Translations under genes and position numbers: made by a program
Assembly: GCA_039967155.1 (NCBI GenBank)
Contig: JBDVSG010000159.1
Span: forward strand, 10,020-74,019
Source of the DNA: Sulfitobacter sp.
GTDB lineage: Bacteria; Pseudomonadota; Alphaproteobacteria; Rhodobacterales; Rhodobacteraceae
Length of the DNA stretch: 64,000 bases
Reading direction: 5' to 3'
Part shown: piece after piece, positions 38,206 to 48,172 of the stretch
Position numbering within the stretch: position 1 is the first letter of the stretch
Layout: the number at the start of each line of letters is the position of its first letter
Notes under the pieces: model-generated
Database searches by the model: none
Told to the model about the DNA's origin: nothing
What the model saw: the letters and a program-made list of their open reading frames with translations, nothing else

Positions 38206-39501
38206 TTAGCCCATCAAATTCGGCAGACCGGTTGCAATGATGGGAAAGAGACACACAAGCAACGCTGTGATCAGCATTGCTACGACAAACGGTGAGACAC
38301 CTCGAAAGATATCCCTTAATTTCAGGCTGGGGGCGGCTGCCTCGACGGTGAAGACGTTGATCCCGATTGGCGGCGTGATGAGGCCCAGTTCGATCAATAT
38401 GATCGTCAAAATGCCAAACCAAATCAGGTCCACATCGCGCGCTTCAAGCGTTGGCAAAAATACAGGAATGATCAGGACAAGGATCGAAAGCGGGTCAAAA
38501 ACCATCCCCATCAACACACATATGACCGCGATAAAGGCGATGATCGTCACCGTGCTGACATCTTTTGCTTCGATGAAGACAACAAGATCATTTGGCAGAC
38601 CCGCAAGGTTCACAAATTGTGCAAAGATCATTGCACCAATCCCGATCATAAAAATTGCGGCTGAAACACCGATGGCGCTAGAAAACGTATCGCGCCAATC
38701 CGCCCAACTGCGCATCCTGCCGCGCGAAACCGCAAATACAAGCGCCCCAAGCCCCCCAACACTGGCGGCTTCGGTCGGTGTCAGGATGCCAAAGTAAATC
38801 CCGCCCAAAACGACACCAAACAATACCAAAAACGCCCAAGTGCGCCGCATTGCAGCAAGCCGATCGATCATCGACATCTCATTTGGTTGTCCGCCATGTT
38901 CGGATTTCAGGCGGACCCATATCATGATCGCGACAATGAAAAGCCCCATCATCAACAAGCCTGGCACGACACCCGCCATGAACATTTTGCCAATATCCTG
39001 ACGGGCAAAAATGCAATAGATGACCATTGGCACGCTGGGCGGAATAAGGATGCCCAATGTCCCGCCAGCCGCGACTGTGCCCGCCGACATGCTGTCATGA
39101 TACCCAAATCGGCGCATTGGGGGCAAAGCCACCTTTGTCATTGCCGCAGCCGTCGCAACAGAGCTGCCACAGATCGATGAAAATGCGCCACAAGCGATGA
39201 CTGTCGACATCGCCAGCCCGCCTTTCAGGCGACCGACCAGAGCGTTGCCAAAATCATAAAGCTCTTCGGCAATGCCGCCACGGCGAATAAGCTCTCCCAT
39301 CAACATGAAAATTGGGATGATAACCAGATTTGAATTGGTCAACAGCTCGCCTGCTTGCTGTCCTGCCATCGACAGCGCAGGGTCAACGCCGCGAAGATAG
39401 GCAAATCCCGCCACCCCCACGGCTAAAGCCGCGAAACCAAGATGAACGCCAGAAAAAACGAGCAAAAGCAATGCCGCGATCCCGATCAATGACAGGGTCA
39501 T
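38206..39501 (-). CDS. TRAP transporter large permease (DctM type)
   Basis: 431-aa polytopic protein. Overlaps the small-permease gene (39498-39501). Confidence 0.9.
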   Translation of the reverse strand: MTLSLIGIAALLLLVFSGVHLGFAALAVGVAGFAYLRGVDPALSMAGQQAGELLTNSNLVIIPIFMLMGELIRRGGIAEELYDFGNALVGRLKGGLAMSTVIACGAFSSICGSSVATAAAMTKVALPPMRRFGYHDSMSAGTVAAGGTLGILIPPSVPMVIYCIFARQDIGKMFMAGVVPGLLMMGLFIVAIMIWVRLKSEHGGQPNEMSMIDRLAAMRRTWAFLVLFGVVLGGIYFGILTPTEAASVGGLGALVFAVSRGRMRSWADWRDTFSSAIGVSAAIFMIGIGAMIFAQFVNLAGLPNDLVVFIEAKDVSTVTIIAFIAVICVLMGMVFDPLSILVLIIPVFLPTLEARDVDLIWFGILTIILIELGLITPPIGINVFTVEAAAPSLKLRDIFRGVSPFVVAMLITALLVCLFPIIATGLPNLMG

Positions 39502-39986
39502 GATGCATCCTTTTGCGCAGGCAGGGCGAGCCGCAGAACCAAAACCACAGCCGCGAGCGTCAAAAGTGTCGCGACCACAACGAAAACCGCTCCGATCGAA
39601 ATATCGAGCACGGGAGAGTATTCATAATTTTCCAGCAAATGTTGCGCGTGGCGCCATATCAGGGCAGCAAACACGCTGGTGGCAATGACTTCCCACCCCG
39701 TTATCCATCCCCGATACGCCCAATCCGGCACTCTGCGTTGAATGGCATTTTCCAGCAACGTCACCCGAATATGATCCCGTTGAAACCCGCAAATAACAAA
39801 TCCAAAGCCCAAAAGGACAGCCAAAACGGATTGGTTCATTTCGCTGACGCCTAGAATTGGCTGTTGAAAGAAGTTCCGCATCACCACGTCCATTGCAGTC
39901 AGGACGGCAATGAACGCGCTACTCAAAATAGCTGCAAGCTGTGCCAAGAAGACAATCGCTTTCATGGCAAAACGCAGCAGGATCAT
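39498..39986 (-). CDS. TRAP transporter small permease (DctQ type)
   Basis: 162-aa 4-TM protein between the DctP and DctM genes. Confidence 0.85.
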   Translation of the reverse strand: MILLRFAMKAIVFLAQLAAILSSAFIAVLTAMDVVMRNFFQQPILGVSEMNQSVLAVLLGFGFVICGFQRDHIRVTLLENAIQRRVPDWAYRGWITGWEVIATSVFAALIWRHAQHLLENYEYSPVLDISIGAVFVVVATLLTLAAVVLVLRLALPAQKDAS

Positions 39987-41005
39987 CGCTTTGATACTTC
40001 GTCTAGCTTGGCTTGAAAGCTCTGGATCAAGGCTGCCCCATCCGCATCACGCTTTTTCGCAACTGTTCCAAAATCCTCAAAGAGCGCAGCACTGGCCTCT
40101 TGAAGCTCAGAGTAGAACTGATCATCCGCTTGCAAAAAGGTCACGCCTGCCTCGACGAACTCTGCGCGCGCCTCATTATAGGCCAAATCCGCAGCGACCC
40201 CGACCTGCTGGGCGAACACACCTCCTGAAATGGCCGAGATCGCTTTTTGGTCAGTTTCGGATATTTGATCCCATTTGTCCGAATTCATAACCATCGAAAA
40301 GCTGATCGATGACACCCACGATGGGAACTCTGTTATTGTTTTGACATAGGTGCCAATGCGAAAGTCGCGGGCACTCTCAATCGACAATCCGAAAACCCCG
40401 CTCACGACTCCGCTGGAGACCGGTTCACTGATCTGAACGGCGGGTGTCGTGACTGGGCTTATGCCTGTTTCGACAAGCAATTTGGTCGAAGCACCAGGCA
40501 ATGCCCACATTTTTCTGCCACGCATGTCATCCAGTGAATTAATCGGCGTGGCATCAGTTGTATACGCCTGTCCACCGGCGAAATGGAACAATGACAGCAG
40601 TTCAACGTCTTCATACAGCCCCTTGTCGGACAGATCTTCCTCATAGGTTTCCCAAAGCGCGATTGAGGCATCTTCAGCATTTGAAATCAGCCACGGCAGC
40701 ATCGTGAACGTTACCAAGGGCTCCTTTCGTTGAATGAAGATATTAGCGGCAACCGCAATGTCCGCGACCCCGGATGTCACCGCTCCATATTGCTGGTTGG
40801 GCGGTGCCAGACTGCCTGCGGGTGTCGTAATAGCAACGCGCCCCTGTGTGACTTCGTTCACTTTTTCAGCCCAACCGGTAAGCTCACCATACAAAAAATG
40901 TTGTTCCGGCAAGAAGATGTTCATCACGAGGTCGGTATCGGCTGCATGTGCAGCGGCCGAAGACAACAGCGCGCAGGCAAAGGGAAGTGCGTATTTGACT
41001 GACAT
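39983..41005 (-). CDS. TRAP transporter substrate-binding protein (DctP type)
   Basis: 340 aa with a signal peptide. First gene of the TRAP-nitrilase operon. Confidence 0.88.
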   Translation of the reverse strand: MSVKYALPFACALLSSAAAHAADTDLVMNIFLPEQHFLYGELTGWAEKVNEVTQGRVAITTPAGSLAPPNQQYGAVTSGVADIAVAANIFIQRKEPLVTFTMLPWLISNAEDASIALWETYEEDLSDKGLYEDVELLSLFHFAGGQAYTTDATPINSLDDMRGRKMWALPGASTKLLVETGISPVTTPAVQISEPVSSGVVSGVFGLSIESARDFRIGTYVKTITEFPSWVSSISFSMVMNSDKWDQISETDQKAISAISGGVFAQQVGVAADLAYNEARAEFVEAGVTFLQADDQFYSELQEASAALFEDFGTVAKKRDADGAALIQSFQAKLDEVSKR

Positions 41006-41129
41006 TTCAATTTCTTTCGGTTGATTATTTTTTTTGAGCTTACAGGATGAAATTCACTTAGGTATATCTTTTGCGGTCACCTTCTATACCGATTGGTTAT
41101 ATAGGTATGCCCCAACTGGGAGAGTTTGC

Positions 41130-42050
41130 ATGGATTTTAGAAAGTTAACGGGGTTCATCGCAATTGCCGAGATTGGAAGCATCAATGCGGCTGCCAAATA
41201 TTTGGGCATATCCCAACCAGCCCTGTCGAAATCGCTGCGCGCATTGGAGGACCATTACGGTGTCCCGCTGCTGGTCCGTGATAGATCTGGTGTTGTGCCA
41301 ACCGAGTTTGGAAAGACCTTACTGGGTCACGCACGCGTCATAAGGTCCGAGTTTCGCAAAGCCGAGCAGAACATCTCTGAAATGCAAGCACACATCGATA
41401 AGAAACTGAGTATCGCCATCGCGCCTGCCCCATCCATCAAGCTATTACCCAAAGCGTTGAAGGCGTTTCAAAAGGAACTACCCGGAGTCATACTTAATAT
41501 CAGAGAAAGCGTGTTCCCTCGCGCGGGCGAGATGCTGAGTGATGGAACAATCGATATAGCCATCGGGCCCATGGTGCCCTCATTGAATGCTGCAGCCTTC
41601 AACCAAACGGCGCTTATGAATTTCCCGCTGGCCGTCGTTGTCAACGAAAACCATCCATTGCGCTACAGCGATACATTGCTGGATCTGCTGGGTGCAAATT
41701 GGCTGCAGATCGGCGGCAATAGCAGCGCGAGCACTCTCATTCGTAAAACCTTTGAAAGCGCTGGCTACCCTGCGCCTAAATCCATCGTAGAAAGCCATTC
41801 CATCCTTGCGTCACTCAGGCTGGTTCGGGACATGGATCTTGTTAGCATCATGCCTCTTGAGCTTTTAGAAGATCGCGCGGCGGCAGGGCTGAAAATCATT
41901 AACGTCAAAGAAGACATTGCACGTAATACCTGTTGTATGATCGTCGACCAAAGACGCCCCCAATCGCGCTATGCCCAAGCAATGGTGAAACATCTACAAC
42001 GCGCAAGCCTGCACCTATCGGAAAACTATCCGGACCAAGGGTTGTCCTAA
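41130..42050 (+). CDS. LysR family transcriptional regulator
   Basis: Trimmed to ATG 41130. FIAIAEIGSINAAAKYLGISQPALSKSLRALE. Divergent from the TRAP operon. Confidence 0.9.
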   Translation: MDFRKLTGFIAIAEIGSINAAAKYLGISQPALSKSLRALEDHYGVPLLVRDRSGVVPTEFGKTLLGHARVIRSEFRKAEQNISEMQAHIDKKLSIAIAPAPSIKLLPKALKAFQKELPGVILNIRESVFPRAGEMLSDGTIDIAIGPMVPSLNAAAFNQTALMNFPLAVVVNENHPLRYSDTLLDLLGANWLQIGGNSSASTLIRKTFESAGYPAPKSIVESHSILASLRLVRDMDLVSIMPLELLEDRAAAGLKIINVKEDIARNTCCMIVDQRRPQSRYAQAMVKHLQRASLHLSENYPDQGLS

Positions 42051-42195
42051 ATTGCCGCCGCGTCTTACGCTTGATCTCTTTAACGTGTTTGTCAGCCGAT
42101 CCATTCGGCCCTGTCTTCGTTCTCATCTCGTATCCCTTCAAGGACCACGATGAACCGAAAACTCTCGTTAAGCAAAACTGCCGCTCTGTCTCAAA
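42051..42195 (-). pseudogene. left end plus first ~25 codons of an IS3-family orfA (remnant)
   Basis: Reverse frame from ATG 42126 reads MRTKTGPNGSADKHVKEIKRKTRRQF. Both the nucleotide and protein sequence parallel the fragment at 50648-50815. Confidence 0.55.
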
Positions 42196-42212
42196 GGCCG
42201 TGACGGGATACA

Positions 42213-42500
42213 CATGACGCCGCGGACGATGAGCAATGTGTATGGACGCAGCTGGCAAAGTCTTGGAGCAGAGCTGAGGTCGAAGGGTATAAAACCGTTT
42301 TCTCCAAATGGAGAAGTTTATGGCAGCCTATTTCTGCGAAGCGATATTGCCAGAGCGATCCAGTAGCAGACTGACATCATTAATGAAAAAGGACGGCGCT
42401 CATTGCGCCGTCCTTTTTTGTTGTCCCCAGAACAAACCCTAAAACGGCTTTGCGGAAAACCTATGGTGTGATTCACGGAAAAGGTATGCTGTGACTGACA
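42213..42500 (+). repeat. copy 1 of tniQ-3'-end / terminator / element-end module (complete outer end)
   Basis: Translates MTPRTMSNVYGRSWQSLGAELRSKGIKPFSPNGEVYGSLFLRSDIARAIQ*. Hairpin ggacggcgc/gcgccgtcc at 42391-42413. The last 50 nt (42451-42500) are identical to 62209-62258. Confidence 0.9.
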
Positions 42501-42798
42501 CTCACATAGCCAGAAAAACTAATAGCATGCGCACTGGTTGATTTTCACTTCTGATACAGACAACAAAAAATGAAGGAAAACAGGGCCTTCTTGCTGCGCA
42601 CTCATAAGTTGAAAAAGAAGAAGCGTACGCAGGAAACGTAAAGCGTGCGCAAAAACCCATATCATGTAGCCGGTCCCGATATCTGTCGACAATGCGCGCC
42701 ATCGAAGATGTGCTGACATCTCGTGCGCTAAGACCTTAGTTCGGCTGCGCCTGGCCAACGGTCAGGCGCATTTACACGCATTCGAGGAAGCGGACAAA

Positions 42799-44001
42799 AT
42801 GAGTGAAGAAGCGGCAAGAGACGATGGTGAGACGATAGGCCTATTCGAGCCTTTGATGGTTAGTGAAGGCTCTCCAAAGCGCCGCGAATTGAGTGATTTA
42901 GCACTCGACTTAGCGACTACTTCTGCGCGCTTTTCCAGTGGCTTACCTGAATCCATCGCGGACGCGCTGGCTGGTCTGATACGTTCGACGAACTGCCATT
43001 ACAGCAACCTGATCGAAGGACACAACACACACCCCATCGATATTGAGAGGGCGTTGAATGACGACTACAGCGTTGATCCAAAAATGCGTGATTTACAACT
43101 CGAAGCCAAAGCGCACATCACTGTTCAAAAATGGATTGATGGCGACGGGCTGGGAGGGCGCCCGACTGAGCCAGGCATGATCAGAGAAATGCACCGCCGT
43201 TTCTGTGAGTTGCTGCCATCCGATCTACTCTTTGTGGAAATGCCATCGACTGGCGAGAAGATTCCAGTGGTGCCGGGTAAACTGAGGACGAGAGATGTTG
43301 AAGTTGGACGCCATGTGCCGATCAGTCCAGGTTCAGTTCCACGATTTCTTGACCGTATGCATGGCGCTTACCAACATGCTGGATGCATTGAGGCCATTCT
43401 CGCTGCAGGGTGCGCGCACCATCGTCTGTTATGGGTCCACCCATTTCTCGATGGGAATGGGCGTGTGGCGCGTTTGATGTCTGATGCCATGCTCAAGAAC
43501 GCGCTCGACACTAAAGGGCTTTGGTCTGTTGCGCGTGGCCTCGCGCGCAACGAAGCAGAATACAAACGCCATCTTTCCGCTTGTGATCAGCCTCGCCGGG
43601 GTGATCGAGATGGGCGCGGCACGTTAAGCGAAGCCGCGCTTGCTGATTTTACAGCATTTTTCCTTACACTCTGCATAGATCAGATCAAATTCATGGAAGG
43701 TTTGATGAAGCCTGATCGCCTTCGGGATCGCATTTTGATTTGGGCAGAAGAAGAAATACGTGCGGGAACTTTGCCAGCAAGATCAGACGTAGTCTTACGC
43801 GCTGTGTTATTGCAAGGCTCAATAACCCGTGCAGACGTTGTTGCTCTTCTAGGAGTAACTGAAAGAACGGCGCGCCGCGTGACCTCAGCTTTGCTTGAGA
43901 ATGGCGCGCTTCAATCAGAAAGCACACGCGCACCTCTACAACTCGCCTTTCCAGCAAAGCTCGCAGGACGGTGGATGCCAGGTCTCTTCCCTGACGAATA
44001 G
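42799..44001 (+). CDS. Fic family protein (AMPylase-type, with N-terminal inhibitory helix and C-terminal winged helix)
   Basis: Fic motif HPFLDGNGRVAR at 43438-43473. N-terminal S-N-L-I-E-G fits the [ST]xxxE[GN] auto-inhibition motif. Confidence 0.88.
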   Translation: MSEEAARDDGETIGLFEPLMVSEGSPKRRELSDLALDLATTSARFSSGLPESIADALAGLIRSTNCHYSNLIEGHNTHPIDIERALNDDYSVDPKMRDLQLEAKAHITVQKWIDGDGLGGRPTEPGMIREMHRRFCELLPSDLLFVEMPSTGEKIPVVPGKLRTRDVEVGRHVPISPGSVPRFLDRMHGAYQHAGCIEAILAAGCAHHRLLWVHPFLDGNGRVARLMSDAMLKNALDTKGLWSVARGLARNEAEYKRHLSACDQPRRGDRDGRGTLSEAALADFTAFFLTLCIDQIKFMEGLMKPDRLRDRILIWAEEEIRAGTLPARSDVVLRAVLLQGSITRADVVALLGVTERTARRVTSALLENGALQSESTRAPLQLAFPAKLAGRWMPGLFPDE

Positions 44002-44087
44002 GAGCTTGATGTCGCAATTCTCGATGTAAATTTAGGAAGCGGAAAAACATCAGAGCCCATCGCGGATATTCTCAAACAAAGGAAGCC
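44002..44087 (+). pseudogene. fragment of a response-regulator receiver domain
   Basis: Reads ELDVAILDVNLGSGKTSEPIADILKQRKP, a central receiver segment with no start and no remainder. Confidence 0.55.
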
Positions 44088-44291
44088 GTGGCCATCGCTC
44101 TTGCCAAGGGTAAGCTCAAGAGCAAAAAGCCAAAGTTGTGGGATCATCGCCAAACAGAACTGCGCCGCATGTACGACACCCATGACTACTCCATCAGCGA
44201 TCTCGTAGAGCTGTGCGACGTCTATCGACCTACTGTTTATCGCGTCCTGCAGCGGATACCGGGCGCGGATTCACCTTCAACTGCGGTGTAG
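44088..44291 (+). pseudogene. C-terminal HTH fragment of a serine recombinase/resolvase
   Basis: AKGKLKSKKPKLWDHRQTELRRMYDTHDYSISDLVELCDVYRPTVYRVLQR matches the resolvase GRxxKLxxxQxxEL...STVYRYL tail. The catalytic domain is absent. Confidence 0.7.
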
Positions 44292-44639
44292 CCGCCATTC
44301 GCTGCGCAGCGCATGAACTGACACAACGCGGGACAAAGTGGGCTTTCGCTGCGGCTGCACCAACGACTGCCTTCAGTGCTTCGCGCATTCCATACGGTGT
44401 CGTCACTTACGGAATATATCACCCTGCTCCAGTCAAATTTGGTCGAGCGCGCAGAGAAAAACCTAAGCTTCAATAAAGGCTGACCCAGTTAGGCTTGCCG
44501 TCAAAAAGGGTATTACGCATCGATCATGGTCTGCAATTGCCGTTTGGAGATACCCGCAGGTGAAATCTACCCTACGCGAAATACATCGTCATGGAAGGAA
44601 ACCCATCAAAAGTCGCGGTCCCGTTGAGGTAAATCTTGA

Positions 44640-45476
44640 TTATGCGGCGACAGTTCTGAGCCCGAGAATTTCTCGGGCCATCTGCCATGTGGCAACCGGC
44701 CGGTCATACTTTTCACACAAACCGACTGCACGTTGCACTAGTGCCGCGTTCGATGGGGCCAGTGTGTTACGGTCAAGGCGAACGTTGTCTTCAAGACCGG
44801 TGCGTGTGTGCCCACCCTTGGCAATGGACCATTCGTTGATGATTTTCTGCGCCGGACCGATCCCAGCCGCAGTCCATTGCGCATCAGGGGCAAAGCGCTT
44901 GAGGGTCTCAATGTAGAAATCAAAGATTGGTTCGTCAGCGGGCATGGAGTTCTTCACCCCCATTACAAACTGAACGAAAAGCGGCCCTTTCAGGCGGCCA
45001 TCCGCGGCCATCCGGGTAGCCTGCACAATATGGCCCAAATCGAACGCCTCAATCTCGGGTTTTATATCATGTTTGATCATTTCAGACGCCAGCCAGTCCA
45101 CGAGATCGGGGCTGTTTTCGTAAACCCGCGTGGGAAAATTATTTGATCCCACTGAGAGAGATGCCATATCCGGTGACAGGGGCAGCATACCGCCGCGATC
45201 GCGGCCCGCGCCAGAACGCCCACCAGTGGAAAGCTGAACAATCATGCCGCGACAGTGTTTTTCCAACCCTTGTTTGAGTTGCGAAAAGCGTTCCGGGTCT
45301 GACGTCGGTTTGCCGTCATCATCGCGAACATGGCAGTGAGCGATGGTTGCTCCAGCCTCAAACGCTTCATGCGTGCTTTCGATTTGTTCTGCGATGGTGA
45401 TCGGAACCGCCGGATTGTTGTCTTTGGTTGGTAACGATCCGGTGATCGCAACGGAAATGATGCAAGGGTTGGTCAT
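44640..45476 (-). CDS. BKACE/DUF849 family protein (second, divergent paralogue)
   Basis: Trimmed to ATG 45476. CIISVAITGSLPTKDNNPAVPITIAEQIE...IAHCHVRDDDG. Confidence 0.88.
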   Translation of the reverse strand: MTNPCIISVAITGSLPTKDNNPAVPITIAEQIESTHEAFEAGATIAHCHVRDDDGKPTSDPERFSQLKQGLEKHCRGMIVQLSTGGRSGAGRDRGGMLPLSPDMASLSVGSNNFPTRVYENSPDLVDWLASEMIKHDIKPEIEAFDLGHIVQATRMAADGRLKGPLFVQFVMGVKNSMPADEPIFDFYIETLKRFAPDAQWTAAGIGPAQKIINEWSIAKGGHTRTGLEDNVRLDRNTLAPSNAALVQRAVGLCEKYDRPVATWQMAREILGLRTVAA

Positions 45477-45771
45477 GAAGGCGTCCTGAAATTGCATAAA
45501 TTAGATGGAAATTTAGGGTCAAAGGCAGAAAGCCATGAGACATCGTCAGGTATTAAGGGAATCGGCTTGGTTTTGGCTTTGCGGTGGCAAGTCGAAACGA
45601 AGTCTGGCGACGGCATTTGTTGGGCCCCAAGTCTGCTGGTTTTGATACCAATCGGATTGGTCGTGGTAGATGGCACGAGCTGTCACCAAACCTTTTCAGG
45701 AATTCAGAGTCGAGCCTCAGAAAATGGGCACTCTCCTGATTGGGAAGTGCCCTAATTTCTGAGTACGCTTG

Positions 45772-46656
45772 TTATGCGCTTATGCGCTCACGGTGCGAGC
45801 GTTCAGCGTCACCTTTGGCGCTAGATACAAGAACCAAGTCGAATTTAATTCTCGCAACGCCATCTTCTCGCGTGATGTCAGGTGCAAGTCCGTCGCGTGT
45901 GCCAAACGCAAAATCATCATTCACCAACGGGTCGTCAGCGATGTTGATCTGTGTGGTCAGATGGCGATAACCGTCTGCATCCGCAAAGAAGTGAACGTGC
46001 GCGGGACGGGCGCCGTGGCGCCCAAGAGCTGCCATCAACCGGTCCGTGGAACCGTCTGGAGGGCATGCATAACCTGAGGGCATGATCGTTGTGACTTCGT
46101 AGCGACCATCTGCACCAACGCGAATTTTGCGGCGGTTGTTGTAGGGTGCATTTTGTTCGGTTGGGTCGAAATGGGAGTAAAAGCCACGCGTATCTGCGTG
46201 CCAGATATCAACAAGGGCCCCACTCAGAGGTGTGCCATCTTCGTTGCTGACAACACCCGTGATGATCAGGCGTTCGCCTTCGTCTTCGTTGTCACTCATC
46301 GCCGCTGAACCCTCGCTCAACGGAGCGCCTTCAACATATAGTGGGCCTTCGATTGTACGCGGTGTGCCTCCATCGATGCCGATTTCGGCGTCGCGTGCGT
46401 CCAAGACGAGGTCCATGAAGTGCTCGATCCCGACGCCTGGCATGATAAGGCCGTATTCCTCAGCACCTTTGCCCAAAAAGGACACAGCACCCCAAACCTC
46501 GTCTTCGGTCAGGTCGTGACGCTCGATTAGCGCAAAAATCTGTTCCAAAAGATCGCGTGTTACAGCCTTTAGGCGCTCATCGCCTTTGCTCTGTGTTATG
46601 CCACTTGCACTGTCCAGCAAGGCTTGTATCGGTTTTGTAGGTGTAATGTTCGTCAT
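45772..46656 (-). CDS. catA: intradiol ring-cleavage dioxygenase (catechol/hydroxyquinol 1,2-dioxygenase)
   Basis: 294 aa with IWHADTRGFYSH and GARPAHVHFF iron-ligand motifs. Confidence 0.82.
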   Translation of the reverse strand: MTNITPTKPIQALLDSASGITQSKGDERLKAVTRDLLEQIFALIERHDLTEDEVWGAVSFLGKGAEEYGLIMPGVGIEHFMDLVLDARDAEIGIDGGTPRTIEGPLYVEGAPLSEGSAAMSDNEDEGERLIITGVVSNEDGTPLSGALVDIWHADTRGFYSHFDPTEQNAPYNNRRKIRVGADGRYEVTTIMPSGYACPPDGSTDRLMAALGRHGARPAHVHFFADADGYRHLTTQINIADDPLVNDDFAFGTRDGLAPDITREDGVARIKFDLVLVSSAKGDAERSHRERISA

Positions 46657-46720
46657 GGGCTTTCCTCCTATCCCGTGGGGTGACTGCGGAACGGTCTCCC
46701 TTGTTTGCCAAACGATCGGA

Positions 46721-47566
46721 TCATGTGCTCGTCGGCATTTTTTCCAATGCTTCCATAAAGAACGGACGAAACCCGTCTGGGTGCTCGCTCATCGGGAAGT
46801 GACCTAATTTATCCATAACCGCGATGGTCGACCCTTTGATCGCATCTGCTGTGCGCTTTGCATCGTCAGGCGTGCAGGTCAGGTCATACGCTCCGACGAT
46901 GATATGCACGGGGGTCTTCGCGGTATCGATGTTTCCCAAACGCGCAATAAGGCTATCATCGCGGGTGTAAAAACTCAAATCGCCCCGAAAAACGCCCGGG
47001 CCTGATTGCTTGAACATCCATAACGTATTTTCGCGTTCAGCGGTTGGCGCATGGGGCGAAATATTGGCGGAAACCAAAGCGGCCCCCATCTCGCCGCCAT
47101 GTGCGTCTGGGCGGTCAAACCAATCGATGTCGTACCAAGCGGGTTGAAAATCCGAGGCTTCGATCGCGATGAAACCGCTGAACTTGTCTGGGTGAAGGGC
47201 CGCCAGTTGAAGCGCAATGCGCCCGCCCATGGAACAGCCAGAAAGCACGGGGCGATCAAGTCCGAGCGCTTCGATCAGTTCTAGGATGGTTTCAATATAT
47301 GCCTCGGTCGTCAGCAGATATTCCTGCGTTTCGAAACCTTCCGGCGGCAAGGACTTACCGTGCCACGGTAGATCAAACGCGATCAATCGGTTTGATTTAG
47401 TCACCTCTGCATCGTTCATAAGGTGGCGCCATTGGCGCGTGTCAGCGCCCGCCGTATGCAAGCACAAGACAGGGCGGCCTTCTCCGGCTTCCTCGAAATA
47501 GATACGGCGCGGAGTACCCTCTACGGTGATGGTCACATAGCGTCCGGTGATCGGTTCGATGCTCAT
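46721..47566 (-). CDS. alpha/beta hydrolase (enol-lactonase-like)
   Basis: Trimmed to ATG 47566. GCSMGG nucleophile elbow and C-terminal GHFPMSEHP. Confidence 0.82.
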   Translation of the reverse strand: MSIEPITGRYVTITVEGTPRRIYFEEAGEGRPVLCLHTAGADTRQWRHLMNDAEVTKSNRLIAFDLPWHGKSLPPEGFETQEYLLTTEAYIETILELIEALGLDRPVLSGCSMGGRIALQLAALHPDKFSGFIAIEASDFQPAWYDIDWFDRPDAHGGEMGAALVSANISPHAPTAERENTLWMFKQSGPGVFRGDLSFYTRDDSLIARLGNIDTAKTPVHIIVGAYDLTCTPDDAKRTADAIKGSTIAVMDKLGHFPMSEHPDGFRPFFMEALEKMPTST

Positions 47567-47949
47567 GCTGAGGCCTTTTTGGGAGGGCGCGGTAGCGCCA
47601 TGACAGATTTGAAGAACCGCAAGTTCTTGACCAGACATAGAATGTCGCCATCGATCTTACCGCGTCCAATAGTTACAAGGCCAAAAATGTCGTGAAACTT
47701 AGGCTCAGGAACTGGCTGCCAGAACCTTTGCAGGGCATCCCGGTCCGTGCGAAAGGCAAAGCGCCAAGGCGTTTTTCGGCTTGGTCCAGGCGTCACATCA
47801 ACGAGATGGCCTTTTTCAAACGTGAGATAGATTTCGCCGCCGTCGATCTCGATCAAGACGGTCTCTGAAAACAGACTACCCACACGCAAGAGATGTGGGG
47901 TAGCATTCAACTGTTTCTGAATCTCTTGAAATACCTCAATCACGTGCAT
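47563..47949 (-). CDS. SCP2-like small protein
   Basis: Trimmed to ATG 47949. ATGA-type overlap with the hydrolase gene. Weak SCP2 sterol-carrier-like pattern only. Confidence 0.5.
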   Translation of the reverse strand: MHVIEVFQEIQKQLNATPHLLRVGSLFSETVLIEIDGGEIYLTFEKGHLVDVTPGPSRKTPWRFAFRTDRDALQRFWQPVPEPKFHDIFGLVTIGRGKIDGDILCLVKNLRFFKSVMALPRPPKKASA

Positions 47950-48172
47950 CTCCCAATAATGCGAGCTTGCGTATTGGTGCCATGTGGGGCGGCGTCTTAG
48001 CCATGCCGCGTGTGGTATCGACTGATACTTTAGTTGCTGCAAACACAGATGGAGTGATAAATTGAAGGTGAATCGAGTGCGAGAAAACGGCGTTCAATGT
48101 GTCCGGTGTTTTGAATTCTCTGCGCGTTGTTATAGTCTTCTTAAAAAGCTTGATCGAGGCATTTGACTAAAG

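Larger units (their letters stand above)
34357..42500. mobile_element. putative non-autonomous TniQ/Tn7-like-type element (IR-bounded cargo segment, no transposition genes except a tniQ 3' stub)
   Basis: Left IR at 34357 and right end ...ggtatgctgtgactgaca at 42500, identical over 50 nt to the end at 62258. The alternative pairing 34357-62258 cannot be excluded. No clean 5-bp target duplication (aacac / ctcac). Confidence 0.4.
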
